From NCBI GenBank assembly GCA_946478525.1, contig CAMLCH010000006.1:22210-86209 (forward strand): a stretch of 64,000 nucleotides of DNA. Direction: 5' to 3'. The notes beneath the pieces are model-generated. The model had not been told where the DNA came from. It made no database searches and was given only the letters and a program-made list of their open reading frames with translations. The stretch is from Snodgrassella alvi. Its GTDB lineage: Bacteria > Pseudomonadota > Gammaproteobacteria > Burkholderiales > Neisseriaceae. Each line of letters begins with the position of its first letter. Positions within the stretch are counted from its first letter, which is position 1. Below are positions 1 through 10,986 of this stretch, piece by piece. The translations under genes were made by a program, and so were the position numbers.

Positions 1-687
1 GATATACGTGGCATTATTCAAAAGTCATCTAATGTAGGGACAAGTAAAATTTCTGCCATGTTTACTCCAGAAGAAATGTATAACCTGTATACTTCTGTTG
101 GTTTTGGACGCCGGATGAATTCCGGTTTTCCAGGTGAAACCTCTGGTTTGGTACGTGACTGGCATAAATGGCGCCCTATTGAGCAGGCTACTATGTCTTT
201 TGGTTATGGAATTCAAATGAGTCTGTTACAGCTGGCTCGTGCTTATACTATCTTTACTAACGATGGCGTATTATTACCAATCAGTTTTCAGAAGCTGACT
301 GCTCAGCCAGAAGGTGAACAGATCATCAAACCGGAAACAGCCCGAACTGTTCGACACATGATGACAGCGGTAACTCAGCCAGGCGGTACCGGTTTACAAG
401 GTGCTATTGAGGGTTATGATGTTGCTGCCAAAACGGGTACGGCTAGGATGTTGGTCAACGGCCAATACTCTGCCACTAAACATATGGCTACCTTTATCGG
501 TTTTGCTCCGGCAGACAATCCACGAGTGATCGTAGCGGTGAATATTCAGAATCCAACCGTTAACGGTTATTATGGCGGTTCCGTTTCCGGCCCGGTATTT
601 CGTGAGGTGATGGCTAACACATTAAATGTATTAGGAATAGCACCAACCAAGCCGGTAAAGGATAGATCACAATTAGCCATTAGGTGA
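1..687 (+). CDS. ftsI: Peptidoglycan D,D-transpeptidase FtsI (PBP3), C-terminal part; the 5' end lies outside the window
   Basis: Frame 1 is open from base 1 ([20 protein letters not shown]...). It contains the SxN (SSN) and KTG (AAKTGTA) penicillin-binding motifs and sits directly upstream of murE-murF-mraY. Confidence 0.9.
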   Translation, partial: DIRGIIQKSSNVGTSKISAMFTPEEMYNLYTSVGFGRRMNSGFPGETSGLVRDWHKWRPIEQATMSFGYGIQMSLLQLARAYTIFTNDGVLLPISFQKLTAQPEGEQIIKPETARTVRHMMTAVTQPGGTGLQGAIEGYDVAAKTGTARMLVNGQYSATKHMATFIGFAPADNPRVIVAVNIQNPTVNGYYGGSVSGPVFREVMANTLNVLGIAPTKPVKDRSQLAIR

Positions 688-693
688 TAAAAA

Positions 694-725
694 ACAACCT
701 GTATTTAATGCAGGTTGTCTGTTTT
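694..725 (+). terminator. Hairpin (acaacctg / caggttgt) followed by ctgtttt after ftsI
   Basis: 8-bp inverted repeat at 694-701 and 711-718, then a T-rich tail. An attenuator-like hairpin inside the dcw cluster. Confidence 0.45.
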
Positions 726-761
726 ATATTGCTCTGCAATTTTTATTGAAACGAACAAACT

Positions 762-2240
762 ATGTTTTCGCTAAAAAAAAATCTGTCTGCATACACCATC
801 AGTACACAAGTACGGTCATTGGTTATGGGCAGAACATTACGAGTAGACAGTCGGCAAATCCAACCCGGTGACGTTTTTGTTGCTTGTCAGGGCGAATATA
901 CAGATGGTCGCAATTATATTCAGGCTGCTATAGATAATGGTGCGGTTTTTGTTTTCTGGGATGATGATGGCAAGTTTAATTGGCAGAAAGAGTGGAACAT
1001 CCCTAATGTTGGTATAGAAGATTTAAAACAACGCGCCGGTTTGGTGGCTGCTGCCTGTTATGATTATCCGGGTGATAAATTGGCAATCTGGGGTATTACC
1101 GGTACTAATGGTAAAACTTCTATTTCTCAGTGGCTGGCTCAGGCAGCGGATAAACTGGGTCAAAAATGTGCCATTATGGGTACTGTTGGCAATGGATACT
1201 GGCAGCAGCTACAAAACAGTGCTAATACCACTATGGATGCGGTGTCTAATCAGACATGGCTGAAACATTTTGTTGATGATCGCGCTAAAGCAGTAGCGAT
1301 GGAAGTATCCAGTCATGGACTGGATCAGAGTCGAGTTGTTGGTATTCCGTTTAGTACTGCTGTTTTTACCAATTTAACCCGTGATCATTTGGATTATCAC
1401 CAGAGCATGGAAAATTATGGAGCCTGTAAAAAGGCTCTGTTTTACTGGCAGGGTTTGCGCCATGCGGTGATTAATACAGATGATGAATTTGGTGCACAGT
1501 TGCAGCAACAATTGCGTTTAGATTGCCCACAATTAACAGTTTATTCTTATGGCTTCAATTCAGAAGCTGATATACGTATTCATCAATTTCAGGCTAGTTC
1601 TGGTCATATGCAAATGCTTTTGACTACACCATGGGGTGAAGCAGAAATACATACCCATTTGCTCGGTCGTTTTAATGCCCAGAATCTGGCTGCTTGTCTA
1701 GGTGTTCTATGTGCCAATGGATTTGCCTTTGCTGATGTTGTTTCTGTCTGGAATGATATTAAACCGGCTACTGGAAGGATGGATTGTCTGACAGAGAAAA
1801 ATCAACCTTTAGTGGTCGTGGACTACGCCCATACACCAGATGCTCTGGAAAAAGCTTTAGCCACTTTGCGGGAAATTAAACCTGCTAAAAGTCGTTTATG
1901 GTGTATTTTTGGTTGTGGCGGAGATCGTGATGCGGGTAAACGAACGTTAATGGGTTCGGCAGCTGCCGCCGGGGCTGATTGCGTAGTAGTGACCAGCGAT
2001 AATCCGCGTACAGAAGATCCACAAAAGATAATTGCCGATATTTTGCCATCAGTTTCAAATCCGAAACTAGTGGAAATCGATCGTCGTGCAGCTATCAATT
2101 ATGCAGTCAGCCATGCTGCTAGCGAAGATATTATTCTAATTGCCGGGAAAGGTCATGAAACCTATCAGGATATTAACGGAGTAAAACAGCATTTTTCAGA
2201 TTTTGAAGTAGCTCAATCAGCTTTACGTCAGCGTGTCTGA
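762..2240 (+). CDS. murE: UDP-N-acetylmuramoyl-L-alanyl-D-glutamate--2,6-diaminopimelate ligase
   Basis: Mur ligase P-loop GITGTNGKTS, a DNPR motif near the C-terminus (TSDNPRTEDP), and its dcw position. Confidence 0.9.
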   Translation: MFSLKKNLSAYTISTQVRSLVMGRTLRVDSRQIQPGDVFVACQGEYTDGRNYIQAAIDNGAVFVFWDDDGKFNWQKEWNIPNVGIEDLKQRAGLVAAACYDYPGDKLAIWGITGTNGKTSISQWLAQAADKLGQKCAIMGTVGNGYWQQLQNSANTTMDAVSNQTWLKHFVDDRAKAVAMEVSSHGLDQSRVVGIPFSTAVFTNLTRDHLDYHQSMENYGACKKALFYWQGLRHAVINTDDEFGAQLQQQLRLDCPQLTVYSYGFNSEADIRIHQFQASSGHMQMLLTTPWGEAEIHTHLLGRFNAQNLAACLGVLCANGFAFADVVSVWNDIKPATGRMDCLTEKNQPLVVVDYAHTPDALEKALATLREIKPAKSRLWCIFGCGGDRDAGKRTLMGSAAAAGADCVVVTSDNPRTEDPQKIIADILPSVSNPKLVEIDRRAAINYAVSHAASEDIILIAGKGHETYQDINGVKQHFSDFEVAQSALRQRV

Positions 2241-2259
2241 TGGCGATATAGAGATAGAA

Positions 2260-3621
2260 ATGATGCCGATTCTTGATTTAAATTTTATTTGTCAGACTTT
2301 TGGTCGTCAGTTGTCAATGACCAATGCAGCGGTTAACCGAATAGTTATTGACAGTCGCATAATTCAGTCCGCAGATGTATTTGTAGCTATCAAAGGCGAA
2401 CATTTTGATGGTCATGATTTTGTTGATGATGTGCTTGCTAAAGGCGCTTTGTTATGTATAGTCAGTCGTACTGAGTTCAGTCAGGATAAGCGCTGTTTGG
2501 TGGTTGAAGATACAGAAAAAGCATTAGGACAACTGGCACATGCGTGGAGAATGACAGTAAATCCTGCATTACAGGTTTTCGGTATTACTGGTTCCGCTGG
2601 TAAAACCACTGTTAAAGAAATGCTGGCTACTATCTTGCGTCATCATGCCGGTGATCAAGCAGTTTTAGCGACGGCCGGTAATTTTAATAATCATCTTGGT
2701 CTGCCCTTAACTTTGCTGCAACTTAAAACACATCACCGTTATGCGGTAATCGAGATGGGCATGAATCATGCTGGTGAACTAAGTTATTTAACCAGATTAA
2801 CCTGTCCTGATTACGCATTGGTAAATAATGCTTTACGTGCTCATATAGGTTGTGGCTTTGCAGATGTGGCCGATATTGCTCGAGCAAAAAGTGAAATTTA
2901 TCAGGGTTTGGGCAATCAGGGTATTGGATTTACTCCTATAGAGGATGAGCAGTCTGCAATTTATGCTACTGCTCTGCGCGGCAGACGTATGATAACTTAT
3001 GGTACTAAGCAAGGTGATGTTCATGCTGAAAATATCATTTTAGAACCGTTGAGTATCAGTTTTGATCTGCAAAGTCCTGAAGGTGTTATCGCATTACAGA
3101 TTCCGGTGCCGGGACTGCATATGGTACATAATGCCGTGGCTGCCTGTGCAATGGCTCTGAGTGCTGGTGTACCGTTAACTGATTTGTGTGCTTTGGCTAA
3201 TTTTGTTAATGCTAAAGGGCGTTTGCAACAAAAGCGAAGTTTGCGAGGTGCATTGATCGTAGATGACACCTATAATGCCAACCCTGATGCTTTTAGAGCA
3301 GCAGTTGATGTGCTGGCATCTTTTCCGGCTCCTCGCGTAATTGTTATGGGCGCAATCGGTGAATTGGGAGATAATGCTCCAGCTTTACACGCAGAAGTAG
3401 GTGCTTATATACGGGAACGAGGCATTGAAGCAGCTTTGTTTATCGGGGATGATGCGCGTTATGCGGCTGCAGCTTATGGTGCAGCCGATGCCTTTTATGA
3501 GTGTAAGACTGATTTAATCGCAGATTTGCGCAGCTGGGACCAGCAAATGACAACTATTTTAGTAAAAGGTTCGCGCTTTATGCATATGGAAGATATTGTG
3601 TCTGCCCTGGTGGAAAAGTAA
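2260..3621 (+). CDS. murF: UDP-N-acetylmuramoyl-tripeptide--D-alanyl-D-alanine ligase
   Basis: P-loop GITGSAGKTT, DDTYNANP motif, and dcw position. The ORF opens at GTG 2233, but ATG 2260 fits the usual MurF N-terminus better. The start is uncertain. Confidence 0.9.
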   Translation: MMPILDLNFICQTFGRQLSMTNAAVNRIVIDSRIIQSADVFVAIKGEHFDGHDFVDDVLAKGALLCIVSRTEFSQDKRCLVVEDTEKALGQLAHAWRMTVNPALQVFGITGSAGKTTVKEMLATILRHHAGDQAVLATAGNFNNHLGLPLTLLQLKTHHRYAVIEMGMNHAGELSYLTRLTCPDYALVNNALRAHIGCGFADVADIARAKSEIYQGLGNQGIGFTPIEDEQSAIYATALRGRRMITYGTKQGDVHAENIILEPLSISFDLQSPEGVIALQIPVPGLHMVHNAVAACAMALSAGVPLTDLCALANFVNAKGRLQQKRSLRGALIVDDTYNANPDAFRAAVDVLASFPAPRVIVMGAIGELGDNAPALHAEVGAYIRERGIEAALFIGDDARYAAAAYGAADAFYECKTDLIADLRSWDQQMTTILVKGSRFMHMEDIVSALVEK

Positions 3622-3764
3622 GTTCCATCGTGCTTATAAAAGTTGTCACTGACTGTTTAAAGTAAAAAATTTTACTGATTTTAGTTTCTCTGAAAGAATT
3701 TTTTAGAGACATTATATTAATTTTATTAACCGTTACGGCACGTGCTGTAACAAGGGATACAGCC

Positions 3765-4850
3765 ATGTTGTTGTGGTTAGCAGATTTTTTCCATTACTGG
3801 ATTAATGGTCTCCATTTATTTCAATACACCACATTTCGTGCCGTGATGGCGGCACTGACCTCTTTGTGTTTAAGCTTACTTTTTGGTCCATGGATGATCA
3901 GAAAACTGACCGAACTTAAAGTTGGACAGGCAGTTCGAGATGATGGGCCACAAACCCATTTAATTAAATCAGGGACACCAACTATGGGTGGTACTCTGAT
4001 TTTACTGGCCATTACTGTTACTACACTTCTATGGTGTAATTTAGCTAACCCTTATATCTGGGTATTGTTATTTGTTATGTTAAGTACTGGTGCACTGGGT
4101 TTTTACGATGACTGGAAGAAGGTTGTTAATAAAGATCCCCATGGTGTTTCAGCAAAATTTAAAATGCTGTGGCAGTCTGTAGTTGCGATTGTGGCCGGTA
4201 TTGTATTGTTCTATGCCGCACATTTAAGTTCTGCGACAGCATTTATCGTGCCATTTTTCAAAGAAATTGCATATCCACTGGGTGGGGTCGGATTTGTTAT
4301 TCTGACATACTTCGTTATTGTCGGAACTTCCAATGCTGTTAATCTTACTGATGGTCTTGATGGATTAGCTGCCTTTCCAATGGTTTTGGTAGCGGCAGGT
4401 CTGGCTATTTTTGCTTATGTTAGCGGGCATGCTGAATTTGCACATTATTTACAATTACCACATGTACCAGGTGCTAATGAAGTGGTCATTTTCTGTGCCG
4501 CCATTTGTGGTTCTTGTCTTGGCTTTCTATGGTTTAATGCTTATCCGGCTCAGGTATTTATGGGTGATGTGGGTGCTTTGGCTTTAGGTGCTGCGTTAGG
4601 TACGGTTGCAGTGATAGTGCGTCAGGAAATTGTACTGGTGATAATGGGTGGTTTATTTGTAGTTGAAGCGTTATCAGTGATGTTACAGGTGGGTTCTTAT
4701 AAATTAAGAAAGAAACGTATTTTCCTGATGGCACCAATACATCACCATTTTGAACAAAAAGGCTGGAAAGAGACGCAAGTTGTAGTCCGTTTCTGGATAA
4801 TTACTATGATTCTGGTTTTGGTGGGTTTATCTTCATTAAAAATTCGCTGA
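3765..4850 (+). CDS. mraY: Phospho-N-acetylmuramoyl-pentapeptide transferase
   Basis: Polytopic membrane protein with the [13 protein letters not shown] and HHHFE motifs typical of MraY. Confidence 0.95.
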   Translation: MLLWLADFFHYWINGLHLFQYTTFRAVMAALTSLCLSLLFGPWMIRKLTELKVGQAVRDDGPQTHLIKSGTPTMGGTLILLAITVTTLLWCNLANPYIWVLLFVMLSTGALGFYDDWKKVVNKDPHGVSAKFKMLWQSVVAIVAGIVLFYAAHLSSATAFIVPFFKEIAYPLGGVGFVILTYFVIVGTSNAVNLTDGLDGLAAFPMVLVAAGLAIFAYVSGHAEFAHYLQLPHVPGANEVVIFCAAICGSCLGFLWFNAYPAQVFMGDVGALALGAALGTVAVIVRQEIVLVIMGGLFVVEALSVMLQVGSYKLRKKRIFLMAPIHHHFEQKGWKETQVVVRFWIITMILVLVGLSSLKIR

Positions 4851-4853
4851 TCT

Positions 4854-4894
4854 ATATTGATTCTGGTAATTATCGATATTGATTCTGGTAATTA
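4854..4894. repeat. Tandem direct repeat, 2 x atattgattctggtaatta (19/19 identical, 22-bp period) in the mraY-murD spacer
   Basis: Copies at 4854-4872 and 4876-4894. The core tgattctggt also occurs at 4807-4816 inside the mraY 3' end. Confidence 0.9.
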
Positions 4895-4922
4895 AAGTTA
4901 GAACATTTGGTAGGACTTGGTC

Positions 4923-6263
4923 ATGATTGACTGGCATCGTAAAAAAGTTTTGGTTTTAGGTTTGGGACGAACTGGCATATCTATGCTGGAGTTTCTTACA
5001 CAAGCCGGTGCAGATGTGGCCGGGTATGATGCCAAATTAATAGAGGGCACTCGACAACAGCTGAGTGAACGTTTTCAGATACCTTTCTATACAGATAATT
5101 TAAATTCGATCCCAGATTTTTTTGAGTATGACATATTAGCTTTGAGTCCAGGTATTAGTCAGCGCCAGCCGTTGATTAGCGCATTTCAGCAGGCTGGGGG
5201 CGTGGTACTGGGTGATATAGCTATTCTGGCTGATTTGTTACAGAACACTGAAAGTAAGATCATTGCGATTACTGGTTCAAATGGTAAGACCACAACGACC
5301 AGTTTGGTTGAATACCTATGCCGGCGCAGTGGTTTGGATACAGTTTGCGCTGGAAATATTGGTACACCGGTTTTGGAAGCTTATCTGGCACGTTCTGGTA
5401 AGCCGGCAGATGTATGGGTGCTGGAGTTATCCAGTTTTCAGTTAGAAACCACGCCATGTCTCAATGCTACAGTGGCAGCCGTCTTAAACATATCAGAAGA
5501 TCATCTGGATCGATATGATGATTTACTGGATTATGCTCACGCAAAAGATCGTATATTCTGTGGTGATACCATTCAGGTATTGAACTATGATGATGTATTT
5601 TGTCGTGCTATGGTACGGCATGGACGTGCGGTACGATGGTTTTCTTTGCAACAATCGACAGATTTCTGGTTGAATGCCGACATATTATATAAAAATAACG
5701 AGATTCTAATTGCTCAGCAGCAATTATCTATACAGGGTAGCCACAATGCAGCCAATGTTCTGGCTGCGTTTGCTTTATGTGAAGCCATCGGTATAGCCAG
5801 TTCAGAGCTGATTCAGTATATCGGAGATTTTAAAGGGTTACCGCATCGTGTAGAAAAAGTAGCAGAAATCAGTGGTGTTACCTTTATAGATGATTCGAAA
5901 GGCACCAATGTTGGTGCGACCTGTGCCGCGCTAACTGGATTGAGTTCACCAATTGTGTTGATTGCTGGTGGACAAGGGAAGGGACAGGATTTTACCCCAT
6001 TACAAAAGGCATTACAGGATAAAGCTCGAGCAGTGCTGTTGATTGGTGTTGATGCTCAGGAAATAGGTAATGTTTTACAGGATACTGTATATCCAGTTGA
6101 ATACTGCACCGATTTACCTGAAGCAACCAGACGAGCTTATGCACTGGCGCAAAGTGGCGATATTGTATTGCTAAGCCCAGCCTGTGCCAGCTATGACATG
6201 TTTAAAGGGTATGCGCATCGCAGTGAAGTATTTATCCGTAGCGTGCGTGAGTTACAGGGTTAG
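4923..6263 (+). CDS. murD: UDP-N-acetylmuramoylalanine--D-glutamate ligase
   Basis: N-terminal Rossmann motif [11 protein letters not shown]-loop [10 protein letters not shown], and dcw position. ATG 4923 is preferred over TTG 4917. Confidence 0.9.
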   Translation: MIDWHRKKVLVLGLGRTGISMLEFLTQAGADVAGYDAKLIEGTRQQLSERFQIPFYTDNLNSIPDFFEYDILALSPGISQRQPLISAFQQAGGVVLGDIAILADLLQNTESKIIAITGSNGKTTTTSLVEYLCRRSGLDTVCAGNIGTPVLEAYLARSGKPADVWVLELSSFQLETTPCLNATVAAVLNISEDHLDRYDDLLDYAHAKDRIFCGDTIQVLNYDDVFCRAMVRHGRAVRWFSLQQSTDFWLNADILYKNNEILIAQQQLSIQGSHNAANVLAAFALCEAIGIASSELIQYIGDFKGLPHRVEKVAEISGVTFIDDSKGTNVGATCAALTGLSSPIVLIAGGQGKGQDFTPLQKALQDKARAVLLIGVDAQEIGNVLQDTVYPVEYCTDLPEATRRAYALAQSGDIVLLSPACASYDMFKGYAHRSEVFIRSVRELQG

Positions 6264-6266
6264 CAT

Positions 6267-7421
6267 ATGATCACAGAGTCACGTTTATTAGACCGGAAGT
6301 TATTGCGTCGTGGTGCTACCTATGATCAGTCATTGTTGTGGATGGTAGTATTAATGACGAGTTTCAGCCTGATAATGGTGTACTCGGCTTCAATTGCATA
6401 CGCTTCTCACGATGGTGGCAGTAAATACTTCTATTTGATTCGTCAGGCTATCTTTCTGGGCTGTGGTGGGTTTTTGGGGCTTATTGCTGTACGTATACCC
6501 TTACGTACTTGGAAAATGTTAACGCCATTAATACTATTATTTAGTCTGGTTATGCTGGTTGTGGTACTGGGTATGGGACGTGAAATTAATGGCGCGAAAC
6601 GCTGGATTAACTTAGGACTCATTAATGTTCAGCCCACCGAAATTTTCAAACTGGCCATAATTTTATATTTATCCAGTTTTTTTACGCGGCGAGCAGAAGT
6701 ATTGAAAGAATTTAAGAAAGTCTGGTTTGCTGGCATTCCGGTCGGGCTTGGTTTAGGGCTGATTATGCTGGAACCAGATTTTGGTTCGTTTGTCGTTATA
6801 ACCGTTATCGCTCTCGGGCTGTTGTTTTTAGCCGGCCTGCCGTTTCGCTGGTTTATGGCGGTGGTGGGATTTGGTCTGGTAGCAATGATTATGCTGGTTC
6901 TGTTTGAACCTTATCGTTTGGCACGTGTAACTGGTTTTTTGGACCCATGGGCTGATCCATTGGGGAAAGGATATCAGTTAACACATTCTTTAATGGCAAT
7001 CGGACGTGGTGGCTGGTTTGGGGTGGGATTGGGTGCCAGTTTGGAAAAACGGTTTTACCTACCTGAAGCACATACTGATTTTATACTGGCTGTTATCGGA
7101 GAAGAATTTGGCTTTATCGGTATCATGGTACTGATGTTTTGCTATATCTGGCTAATGGTCCGTGCTTTTTCAATTGGCAAACAAGCCAGAGATCTAGAAT
7201 TATTTTACAGCTCTTTCGTCGCTAAAGGTATTGGTATCTGGATTGGTATTCAAAGTTTTTTTAATATCGGTGTGAATATCGGCTTACTTCCCACTAAGGG
7301 GCTGACTTTACCATTACTATCTTATGGCGGATCGGCAATTATCGTGATTTTAATCTGTATCGCATTACTATTACGCGTAGATTATGAAAATCGCCGAGTT
7401 ATGCGAGGATTTAAAGTATGA
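6267..7421 (+). CDS. ftsW: Peptidoglycan glycosyltransferase FtsW (SEDS family)
   Basis: About 10-TM SEDS protein with the conserved PTKGLTLPLLSYGGS motif, located between murD and murG. Confidence 0.9.
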   Translation: MITESRLLDRKLLRRGATYDQSLLWMVVLMTSFSLIMVYSASIAYASHDGGSKYFYLIRQAIFLGCGGFLGLIAVRIPLRTWKMLTPLILLFSLVMLVVVLGMGREINGAKRWINLGLINVQPTEIFKLAIILYLSSFFTRRAEVLKEFKKVWFAGIPVGLGLGLIMLEPDFGSFVVITVIALGLLFLAGLPFRWFMAVVGFGLVAMIMLVLFEPYRLARVTGFLDPWADPLGKGYQLTHSLMAIGRGGWFGVGLGASLEKRFYLPEAHTDFILAVIGEEFGFIGIMVLMFCYIWLMVRAFSIGKQARDLELFYSSFVAKGIGIWIGIQSFFNIGVNIGLLPTKGLTLPLLSYGGSAIIVILICIALLLRVDYENRRVMRGFKV

Positions 7422-7453
7422 CTAATGTCCAAATAGACGATAGTGAAAAAAAA

Positions 7454-8521
7454 ATGAGTGCTAAAACCTTTATGGTTATGGCCGGTGGTACTGGCGGACA
7501 TATTTTTCCGGCTTTGGCGGTTGCTCAGGCTCTGCAGCAACAAGGACATCATATTGTCTGGCTGGGTAGTGAAGGTGCAATGGAAACACGACTGGTGCCT
7601 CAATATAATATTCCATTGGAAACACTGGCGATAAAAGGTATCAGAGGCAACGGATTGAAACGAAAATTGTTGTTACCATTTACTTTAATCAAAACCATTA
7701 TGACGACACGTTCGATTATTCGAAAATACCACATTGATGGAGCAATTGGCTTTGGCGGTTTTGTGACATTTCCCGGTGGTATAGCGGCAAAAATGAGTGG
7801 TTTACCTTTGGTTGTGCATGAACAAAATGCAATTGCTGGCTTGTCTAATAAGGTTTTAGCCAGATTAGCCAATCGGGTATTGTTTGCTTTTCCTGATGTG
7901 TTTAGTAATCAGAATGGGTTAGTGGGTAATCCAGTTCGTGCGGATATTGCTAATTTATCTGAACCGAAACAGCGATTTGCTGATAGATATGGGCCATTGA
8001 ATATTTTAATTATTGGCGGTAGCTTAGGTGCAGATGCTTTAAATCAAATTGTGCCACAGGCAATTGCTTTATTGCCGGCTGAGCAGCGTCCGAAAATTGT
8101 GCATCAGTCTGGCCGAAATAAATTGACTGTATTAGAGCAAAATTATCAGCAACTAGGCGTTGAAGCAAATTGTACAGAATTTATTACTGATATGTTGTCA
8201 GCCTATCGCGATGCAGATCTGGTGATTTGTCGTGCTGGGGCTTTGACAATAGCGGAATTGACAGCAGCTGGTGTTGGGGCTTTTTTAGTACCCTATCCAC
8301 ATGCGGTGGATGATCATCAAACAGCAAATGCCCAGTTTATGGTTAATAATCAGTCAGCTGTCTTATTACCACAATCTACGCTGACAGCCCAATCTCTGCA
8401 TGATTTACTGATTAATTTAACCCGAGAACAATGCTTGCAGATGGCAATTAAAGCGCGCGCACTGGCTCAGCCGGATAGTGCTGATCGAGTAGCACGTGAA
8501 GTAATGGGATATTTTGAATAA
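7454..8521 (+). CDS. murG: UDP-N-acetylglucosamine--N-acetylmuramyl-(pentapeptide) pyrophosphoryl-undecaprenol GlcNAc transferase
   Basis: N-terminal MVMAGGTGGHIFPALAVA motif. ATG 7454 matches the usual MurG N-terminus; the ORF opens at 7418. Confidence 0.9.
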   Translation: MSAKTFMVMAGGTGGHIFPALAVAQALQQQGHHIVWLGSEGAMETRLVPQYNIPLETLAIKGIRGNGLKRKLLLPFTLIKTIMTTRSIIRKYHIDGAIGFGGFVTFPGGIAAKMSGLPLVVHEQNAIAGLSNKVLARLANRVLFAFPDVFSNQNGLVGNPVRADIANLSEPKQRFADRYGPLNILIIGGSLGADALNQIVPQAIALLPAEQRPKIVHQSGRNKLTVLEQNYQQLGVEANCTEFITDMLSAYRDADLVICRAGALTIAELTAAGVGAFLVPYPHAVDDHQTANAQFMVNNQSAVLLPQSTLTAQSLHDLLINLTREQCLQMAIKARALAQPDSADRVAREVMGYFE

Positions 8522-8593
8522 TATATAGAATTGATTAACCTGTTTAAAGATATTGCCTTAGGCAAATCAGGTCATATAGAAAAGTAATAAAGC

Positions 8594-10012
8594 ATGAAAG
8601 AAAACATGAAAGATCGCATCCGCCATATACATTTTGTCGGTATTGGTGGTACTGGGATGTGTGGTATTGCAGAAGTATTACATAACGAAGGTTATGAAAT
8701 CAGTGGTTCAGATCTGGCTGATAATGCTGCTACGCAACATTTGCGATCAATTGGTGTCTGTATATTTACCGGACATAGTGCTGAAAATATAAAAGGGGCA
8801 GATGTTGTCGTCACTTCAACTGCCGTCAGGAAAGATAATCCGGAAGTTATAGCCGCTAGTGCACATAAAATTCCAGTGATACCTCGCGCAATGATGTTGG
8901 CTGAGATAATGCGTTTTGGTCGCGGAATTGCCATAGCCGGCACCCATGGTAAAACCACTACTACCAGTCTGACTGCGTCCGTATTAGCAGCGGCAGGGCT
9001 GGATCCGACTTTTGTTATTGGGGGGCGTTTAACTGCAGCTGGTAGTAATGCCAAACTCGGTAAAGGTGAATATATAGTAGCAGAAGCTGACGAATCTGAT
9101 GCCTCATTCCTTTACCTGACACCTCTGTTTACAGTAGTGACTAATATTGATACAGATCATATGGATACCTATGATCATGACATAGAAAAATTACATCAGG
9201 CATTTATAGATTTTGTTCATCGCATGCCTTTTTACGGTAAAGCTTTTTTATGTATAGACAGTGAACATGTACGCCAGATTTTACCCAGAATTCAAAAACC
9301 ATTTGTGACCTATGGATTGGATGATAGTGCTGATTTATATGCTACTAATATCACTACTAATGAGGCAAAAATGTGTTTTGATGTCCATACGCGCAAAAAA
9401 GGAATTAAGCCTTTTAGCGTAACAGTCAATATGCCTGGTCGTCACAACGTTTTGAATGCGTTAGCGGTCATCGGTGTAGCTCTGGAAATAGATGTGCCTG
9501 TGACGGCTATCCAGCAAGGGCTGGAAGGTTTTGCCGGAGTGGGACGGCGTTTTCAGAACTATGGTGAGATTACTTTACCTCAAGGAGGTAATGCTTTATT
9601 AATTGATGATTATGGTCATCATCCGGTAGAAATGACTGCAACTATTGAAGCAGCTCGTGGAGCCTATCCGCAGCATCGGCTGGTAGTTGCCTTCCAGCCT
9701 CATCGCTATACGCGTACACGTGATTTATTTGAGGATTTTGTGCAGGTATTGACTAAAGCTGACTGTATCGTATTAACTGATGTATATACAGCCGGAGAAG
9801 ATCCGATTGTTGCCGCAGACAGTAAAGCTTTAATGCGCGCAATCAGAGTGTTGGGCAAAACTGAACCTATATATGTAGCCAATGTCGATGAGATGGCTGC
9901 TACCTTATTAAATATATTGCAGGATGGAGATGTTTTGCTCAATATGGGCGCAGGCAGTATTAATAAAGTACCAGCAATGTTGGTGGAAGCCTCAACTAAT
10001 GAATTAAATTAA
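8594..10012 (+). CDS. murC: UDP-N-acetylmuramate--L-alanine ligase
   Basis: [18 protein letters not shown]-terminus, P-loop [11 protein letters not shown], and dcw position. Confidence 0.9.
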   Translation: MKENMKDRIRHIHFVGIGGTGMCGIAEVLHNEGYEISGSDLADNAATQHLRSIGVCIFTGHSAENIKGADVVVTSTAVRKDNPEVIAASAHKIPVIPRAMMLAEIMRFGRGIAIAGTHGKTTTTSLTASVLAAAGLDPTFVIGGRLTAAGSNAKLGKGEYIVAEADESDASFLYLTPLFTVVTNIDTDHMDTYDHDIEKLHQAFIDFVHRMPFYGKAFLCIDSEHVRQILPRIQKPFVTYGLDDSADLYATNITTNEAKMCFDVHTRKKGIKPFSVTVNMPGRHNVLNALAVIGVALEIDVPVTAIQQGLEGFAGVGRRFQNYGEITLPQGGNALLIDDYGHHPVEMTATIEAARGAYPQHRLVVAFQPHRYTRTRDLFEDFVQVLTKADCIVLTDVYTAGEDPIVAADSKALMRAIRVLGKTEPIYVANVDEMAATLLNILQDGDVLLNMGAGSINKVPAMLVEASTNELN

Positions 10013-10074
10013 GAGTTGCTGAACTCAACATGACTTCAGTAGCGACTGTCATTAAAACAGAAAGAATCATAACA

Positions 10075-10986
10075 ATGAATGATTTTGGTAAAGTTGCCGT
10101 ATTAATGGGTGGTTTTTCCACTGAACGAGAAGTTTCACTGGCTAGTGGTGCAGCCATTTTAGCTGCGTTAAAAAATAAAGGTATCAATGCTCACGCATTT
10201 GACCCAAAAAAGAAGCCATTGTCTGATCTGGTTAATGAGAATTTTGAACGAGTTTTCAATATTTTACACGGTTCATTTGGCGAGGATGGTGTCGTACAAG
10301 GTGCATTAGAAGCCTTGGGAATTCCTTATACAGGTTGTGGAGTAGCTGCCAGTGCATTAGGTATGGATAAATTTCGTAGTCGGCTGGTGTGGCAAGGAGT
10401 AGGTTTGCCGTGCGTACCATTTATCGTATTAAATGATGATAGTGATTTCACTGCCATTGAGGCAGAATTGGGTCTGCCATTATTTGTTAAACCAGCAGCA
10501 GAAGGCAGTAGCGTTGGGGTAATGAAAGTCAAACAGGCAGGTGAGCTGGTTGAAGCTTATCATCAGTTAAAGCAGTTTCATGGTGAAATTCTGGCAGAAC
10601 GAGCCATCAACGGCGGCGAATATACTTGTGCCATTCTCGGTGATCGTGCTTTGCCGAGCATTAAAATTATTCCGGCGACAGATTTTTATGACTATGAAGC
10701 AAAATATCAGCGTGATGATACCGTATACCTGTGCCCGGCCGATTTAACGGAAAAAGATGAACAGCATATGCGTGAATTAACATTGCGCGCTTTTCAGGCT
10801 CTGGGCGGTAGAGGCTGGGGCAGGGTAGATTTTCTGCGCGATGATAATGGTCAAATCTATATTCTGGAGGTTAACACCGTACCGGGCATGACCAGCCATA
10901 GTTTGGTTCCAAAAGCGGCGAATGAGATCGGTTTGAGTTTTGAAGATTTATGTGTTGAAATTTTAAGCCATGCGACTTTGGGATAA
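10075..10986 (+). CDS. ddl: D-alanine--D-alanine ligase
   Basis: KVAVLMGGFSTEREVSLASG N-terminus, ATP-grasp fold, and C-terminal EVNTVPGMT motif. ATG 10075 is preferred over the 10030 ORF start. Confidence 0.9.
   Translation: MNDFGKVAVLMGGFSTEREVSLASGAAILAALKNKGINAHAFDPKKKPLSDLVNENFERVFNILHGSFGEDGVVQGALEALGIPYTGCGVAASALGMDKFRSRLVWQGVGLPCVPFIVLNDDSDFTAIEAELGLPLFVKPAAEGSSVGVMKVKQAGELVEAYHQLKQFHGEILAERAINGGEYTCAILGDRALPSIKIIPATDFYDYEAKYQRDDTVYLCPADLTEKDEQHMRELTLRAFQALGGRGWGRVDFLRDDNGQIYILEVNTVPGMTSHSLVPKAANEIGLSFEDLCVEILSHATLG

Noticed and set aside
773-781. A9 homopolymers at the 5' end of murE (773-781) and just before the murG ATG (7446-7454)
   Set aside because: These were considered as phase-variation tracts. 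Both genes are essential cell-wall genes, the murE tract simply encodes Lys-Lys-Asn, and the murG tract lies in the spacer before the start. Switching is implausible.
5478-5487. GCCGTCTTAA, one mismatch from the canonical Neisseria DUS GCCGTCTGAA
   Set aside because: It is a single imperfect copy inside murD. I saw no exact canonical DUS in the window, so the classical dialect is not supported.
8692-9054. 120-aa ORF antisense to murC
   Set aside because: It lies entirely inside and opposite a strongly supported gene. Its Ala/Pro/Val-rich composition is typical of a mirror-frame artefact, and it has no start context or motif.
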